Source of the DNA: Hormiphora californensis
Lineage: Eukaryota > Animalia > Ctenophora
NCBI GenBank assembly: GCA_020137815.1
Contig: CM035355.1
Coordinates: forward strand, 620,001-684,000
Direction: 5' to 3'
DNA length: 64,000 bases
The notes under the pieces were generated by a model. That model ran no database searches and was not told where the DNA came from. It was given only the letters and a program-made list of their open reading frames with translations. The translations under genes were made by a program, and so were the position numbers. This document shows, one piece after another, positions 61,701-64,000 of this stretch (the first letter of the stretch is position 1; each line of letters begins with the position of its first letter).

Positions 61701-62538
61701 AGTAAAGTAAAGCAGAAAAGATCCAAAAAAAAAAAAAAAAAAAGACAACAAAAAAGGGGCAAAGAAAAAAGGGGGATATAAATTATAAATGGACACCAAA
61801 ATTGGGGGTATGGGGGTGGAAGGGTTCCAGTGAGGTGTTGCGCAGTGGAGCATGTTGGGCTTCACTTATAGAAGTGCAGCCAGTATGGTGTAGTGCAGTG
61901 GAGCGTGCTGGGCTTTACTTATAGAAGTGCAGCCAGTATGGTGTAGTGCAGTGGAGTGTGTTGGGCTTTACTTAAAGAAGTGAAGCCAGTATGGTGTAGT
62001 GTAGTGGAGTGTGTTGGGCTTTACTTATAGAAGTACAGCCAGTATGGTGTGGTGCAGTGGAGTGTGTTGGGCTTTACTTATAGAAGTACAGTCGGTATGG
62101 TGTGGTGCAGTGGAGTGTGACGGGCTTTACTTATAGAAGTACAGCCAGTATGGTGTGGTGCAGTGGAGTGTGTTGGGCTTTACTTATAGAAGTACAGTCG
62201 GTATGGTGTGGTGCAGTGGAGTGTGATGGGCTTTACTTATAGAAGTACAGCCAGTGTGGTGAGATGCAGGCTACAACGAGTATGACTTCTCTCCCGCTCC
62301 TTGGTTCTCCTACAGGTGAAGTAGTCGGATCATCAGTCCTCACCCAGGTTGTATAAGACAGTATCGATTGTTTAAGGGCTAAAGCCCTGGTGCTAAAGTA
62401 TTTATTTCTGGATCCCTAGATCCAAGAGCATATCTTATCAATCTGCAGTAAGCAGAGACAGTATATTTCATCATCCGATTTAAATATCGTTTAACTAACA
62501 AGACCTACCTTCAGAAAAATATCATCTTGAAATAACAT
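55150..62538 (-). CDS. Tentative PH-domain protein, 5' exons; hosts the L2 element in an intron
   Basis: Phase-consistent exons 62538-62509 (MLFQDDIFLK), 62415-62237 (GSRNKYFSTRALALKQSILSY..HWLYFY) and 55688-55597 (NETPGFTETVVGWGSLVGTTI); possible exon near 55230-55150; the PH call is by pattern only. Confidence 0.45.
56326..56709. mobile_element. 384-bp palindromic MITE, copy 2
   Basis: Same inverted repeats and length as 38475-38858, with few substitutions. Confidence 0.85.
57020..58567 (+). CDS. LINE ORF1 with a PHD finger and three CCHC-type zinc knuckles
   Basis: CLC..CITC..YHDECV..WVCPEC; CPHCQALGH..C, CMYCAEEH..C, CKNC..H..CP; first AUG probably at 57098. Confidence 0.88.
   Translation: MQPTTTTVSTHNPLDPHSSSESCISIMSTTRSGTEFSPFDDPTTTPKAITVQTLAHPNPANHLSTPPRTNNFSMPIQTPRHFTSAQQCLCNGTKSSGRMIKCITCKCCYHDECVSLKSLSKFLEISEEGLLCVDDWVCPECIVTAQLLRAGSPLFDAIATKAAKLMADQSNIHNNSHLDSTVNAWQPTTTPVQSETTMGILNNEHFPPLPSSNSSSSLQRTGTTSTDRTNNDTTRSGVQNQTPPKVTPRKVLPPQPRLTIHCDDVKETRNAIDKALENIPISQARNFSSSVRVWFPNEECQQLATECLKTAGVLEQTARVSAEVMSKVELRFVPVESLPRDATTEECRKFCLEKLTAKNEVLRTCKDLSVVYFKRMHTDPDLATVVLKLPVQLKDKLMSDGRVFFQMSSVRVSHRVHIKRCPHCQALGHYPDKCPKKSHPATCMYCAEEHSTESCSLKEDTEKHCCKNCINNSGLSSDVQPHHAGSPKCPTYKEHYDRISKNYRQRSTLLSNTAI
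58519..61434 (+). CDS. LINE ORF2 (APE endonuclease plus reverse transcriptase), uninterrupted
   Basis: LNCRS, LTETWL, GDFNIH, SDHY, NYRPVSNL, LDLSAAFDTINH, GVPQGSILGP, YADDTQLY, SRLDYCNSLL; frame open from 58510, first ATG at 58579. Confidence 0.95.
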   Translation, partial: KKLPSTQHLALKYGNLNCRSMNNKLGEIYGACCDLDLDVLGLTETWLEDGDVVTPALMKELGYNLYSSARGARGGGVAILARKALRVIPIKTKNKPTTFECIEATIEGGHLQKTRLVVVYRPPSSSKKDFLAEFEEYISSLNGLSGHPVILGDFNIHTEDDDDHTSNSFRDLLVDERWTQHVEDPTHESGGTLDLVISRDDEASPRISAVEVAKSSVSDHYAVTFYLHVGKPIQQERKAVLCRNMKKLTVEVLSMKIDESQLMSIPRPSTLEGCLNLYNVSLREIRDEIAPLQEKVIKDSDHPPWYDTLCEEAKTSRRTRERALKTTLKDSTKKEEHKEARTALNKAMKETSRFLMKTRINFYRGKLDYVADDPAAVSGLINKLLGKDKIPQELPNGNSSSETAENFGTFFKSKIEDIYETIRVENEQSEPLPELPQTDYTGATFSSFRKVTEEELSAIIQSMEKKHCDLDPIPTSKLVGVLPKLLPLISDIVNKSLQEGLVPEQLKQSLIRPSFKKKGSPEELNNYRPVSNLAFISKLIEKCASIQLTEHLETNELFPGVQSAYRKHHSTETTLVKVVNDLLLITDTKSKAVLVLLDLSAAFDTINHELLLGKLRRNYGVEGTALEWFASYLKDRKASVKIGTSTSSPLAINIGVPQGSILGPLLFILYTKELESIARHYGLMVELYADDTQLYVSFSNDSLLDLETKLQGCLNHIKAWMSKNFLRLNPSKTEIIVLNNKHDKTENPESLQTMSNHESTKPLTLVRNLGVFLDSELSLSGHVSRTVRTCQLALMNLWKIHRMLGVNLKVKLVNSLIHSRLDYCNSLLAGSSAKDIGRLQKIQNSAARFVFGQRLYQGTTNLRKQLHFLPVRERVQYKLCLLTYKTLNGIAPPYLSKMITLRQPKLKSLRRDADKTLLDKNYARYCSSKGAFSVAAPEIWNSLPSSLRESSSITSFKSNLKTHFFRKAYEC
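61835..62262 (-). repeat. 53-bp tandem repeat x8 containing the donor of exon 62415-62237
   Basis: Minus strand ..CTGGCTGTACTTCTATAA|GTAAAGCCC..; period 53 (61857 to 61910). Confidence 0.9.
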
Positions 62539-62769
62539 CTGGAAATCCTTGGTATAGAACTAACCGCTTTTGAAACGAGAGTTAGTGAGACGAAGTCCGC
62601 ACCAAGTGATGCAAGTAGTCAAGACCTAACAGAACTCGTGTTGTTCTTTAAAATATGAACAATGAAAAGCGGACAATAAATGTATATTTGTATTTGTATT
62701 TGTATTTGTATCATGGCTGACAGCATGTCCAATTGAGAGCCTTGGTTAAAAAGCGGACTATGAATTTAT

Positions 62770-63170
62770 ATTTTGTATTGTATTGTATAAACTAACGAAA
62801 CAGGAATTCCATGACGCAATGCGCCTCAAATTTGGACTCCATGGCCCCAATCTCAACCTCCGATCTGCATGTGGAAAAGATAGCGATGTAAACCACGCCT
62901 CAGCTGTACCAAAGGAGGTTACAATATCACGACAAGATACGAGATACGTGAAAGGAGTAGAAACGAATTCTACAACCTTGTGACGACAGGCTCCCACATC
63001 GGACAAATCAAGATAGGGATGCCCGTATGGACATAGTTGGATCTGGATTGTGGCAGCCTGGTCAACTTAACTTCTTCGATGTGAGAGTTGTCCATCCAAA
63101 TTCTGCATCATACCTCTCAACCCATTTAGTATCTCTGTACAGAGACCACGAGCAGATAGTAGGGACGAAT
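62770..63170 (+). mobile_element. Degenerate CRE/RLE fragment
   Basis: LTKQEFHDAMRLKFG, ACGKDSDVNHA, RMDIVGSGLW..FFDVRVVHPNSASY..LYRDHE; contains stops and frameshifts. Confidence 0.75.
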
Positions 63171-63239
63171 CTCTCACAAAAAGAAGTGGTTGACTCACTA
63201 TTTGGTTCAAAGCAAATTCCGGTTGTAACCCACCTATTT

Positions 63240-64000
63240 TGACCCGCTGAACACGATCCCGTTCATAGGCAAGCTCGGAAAAGTGAAGAAAATGCCCAAA
63301 TCGGCCACACCCTTTTACCTGTATTTTTAGCCTGTAGCCAAAAACATAAATCCTGTTAAAATAGGAGTAGAGACAAATCTGAGGGCACTAAAGTGATCAG
63401 CGCCCTCGCATTAGTGGGGGTAGGTGCTGGAATTAAGTCTCTATCTCATCTGGTTAATTAGATAATTGGATAATTAGGTTTGCGCATAACCGTTTTTTGG
63501 CTATATGGCTATAGCCACTTAGGAATGGTTTAGAGACTTTTCACTGGCGCCATTTTGTAGGCAATAGCCAAGTTATGGGGGGTCGACGTCGGACTTTTAA
63601 GCTCTATCTCCAACCGTTTAGCCGTTATTGGGCTTAATCGATGCTCAAAATCGGGCTTTTTACCGTTTTTCGCTCATTTTGAGCATCGATTAAGCCCAAT
63701 AACGGCTAAACGGTTGGAGATAGAGCTTAAAAGTCCGACGTCGACCCCCCATAACTTGGCTATTGCCTACAAAATGGCGCCAGTGAAAAGTCTCTAAACC
63801 ATTCCTAAGTGGCTATAGCCATATAGCCAAAAAACGGTTATGCGCAAACCTAATTATCCAATTATCTAATTAACCAGATGAGATAGAGACTTAATTCCAG
63901 CACCTACCCCCACTAATGCGAGGGCGCTGATCACTTTAGTGCCCTCATATTTGTCTCTACTCCTATTCTAAGAGGATTTATGTTTTTGGCTACAGGCTAA
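63240..64000. mobile_element. Foldback element, second family member (runs off the window)
   Basis: Near-perfect palindrome 63327-64000 centred near 63662; arms homologous to 41257-42234. Confidence 0.88.

Larger units (their letters stand above)
56710..61710 (+). mobile_element. Apparently full-length, intact L2-group LINE
   Basis: 5' UTR (boundary uncertain), ORF1, ORF2, about 230-bp 3' UTR and an A-rich tail. Confidence 0.9.

Overview
Eukaryotic (animal) genomic DNA with short GT-AG introns, many (CT)n/(GA)n microsatellites and a 100-N gap. The highly divergent, compact, intron-rich genes suggest a marine invertebrate, possibly a ctenophore; this is an unverified impression. Host genes rebuilt by hand from exons: a Shaker/Kv1-type K+ channel (+, T1 to S3 only), a noisy TIR-domain exon (-), hormone-sensitive lipase (-, C-terminus missing), a calbindin/calretinin/secretagogin-like EF-hand protein with an apparently duplicated N-terminal half (+), a complete WAVE/SCAR gene (+) and a tentative PH-domain gene (-). 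Mobile DNA: a frameshifted CR1-group LINE, an ORF1-only LINE derivative, two CRE-type (RLE) fragments, an intact L2-group LINE, and several MITE/foldback elements. Two patterns stand out. First, at least seven minisatellite arrays or duplications sit on splice junctions, most built from copies of the junction itself. Second, all three ORF1-bearing LINEs lack an AUG before the first endonuclease motif of ORF2 and carry candidate recoding signals (two -1 frameshift sites, one in-frame UAG). Several tracts (about 7.7-11.7, 17.3-22.7, 28.3-28.6, 31.1-32.4 and 48.9-52.9 kb) look like uncorrected long-read sequence and cannot be read reliably.
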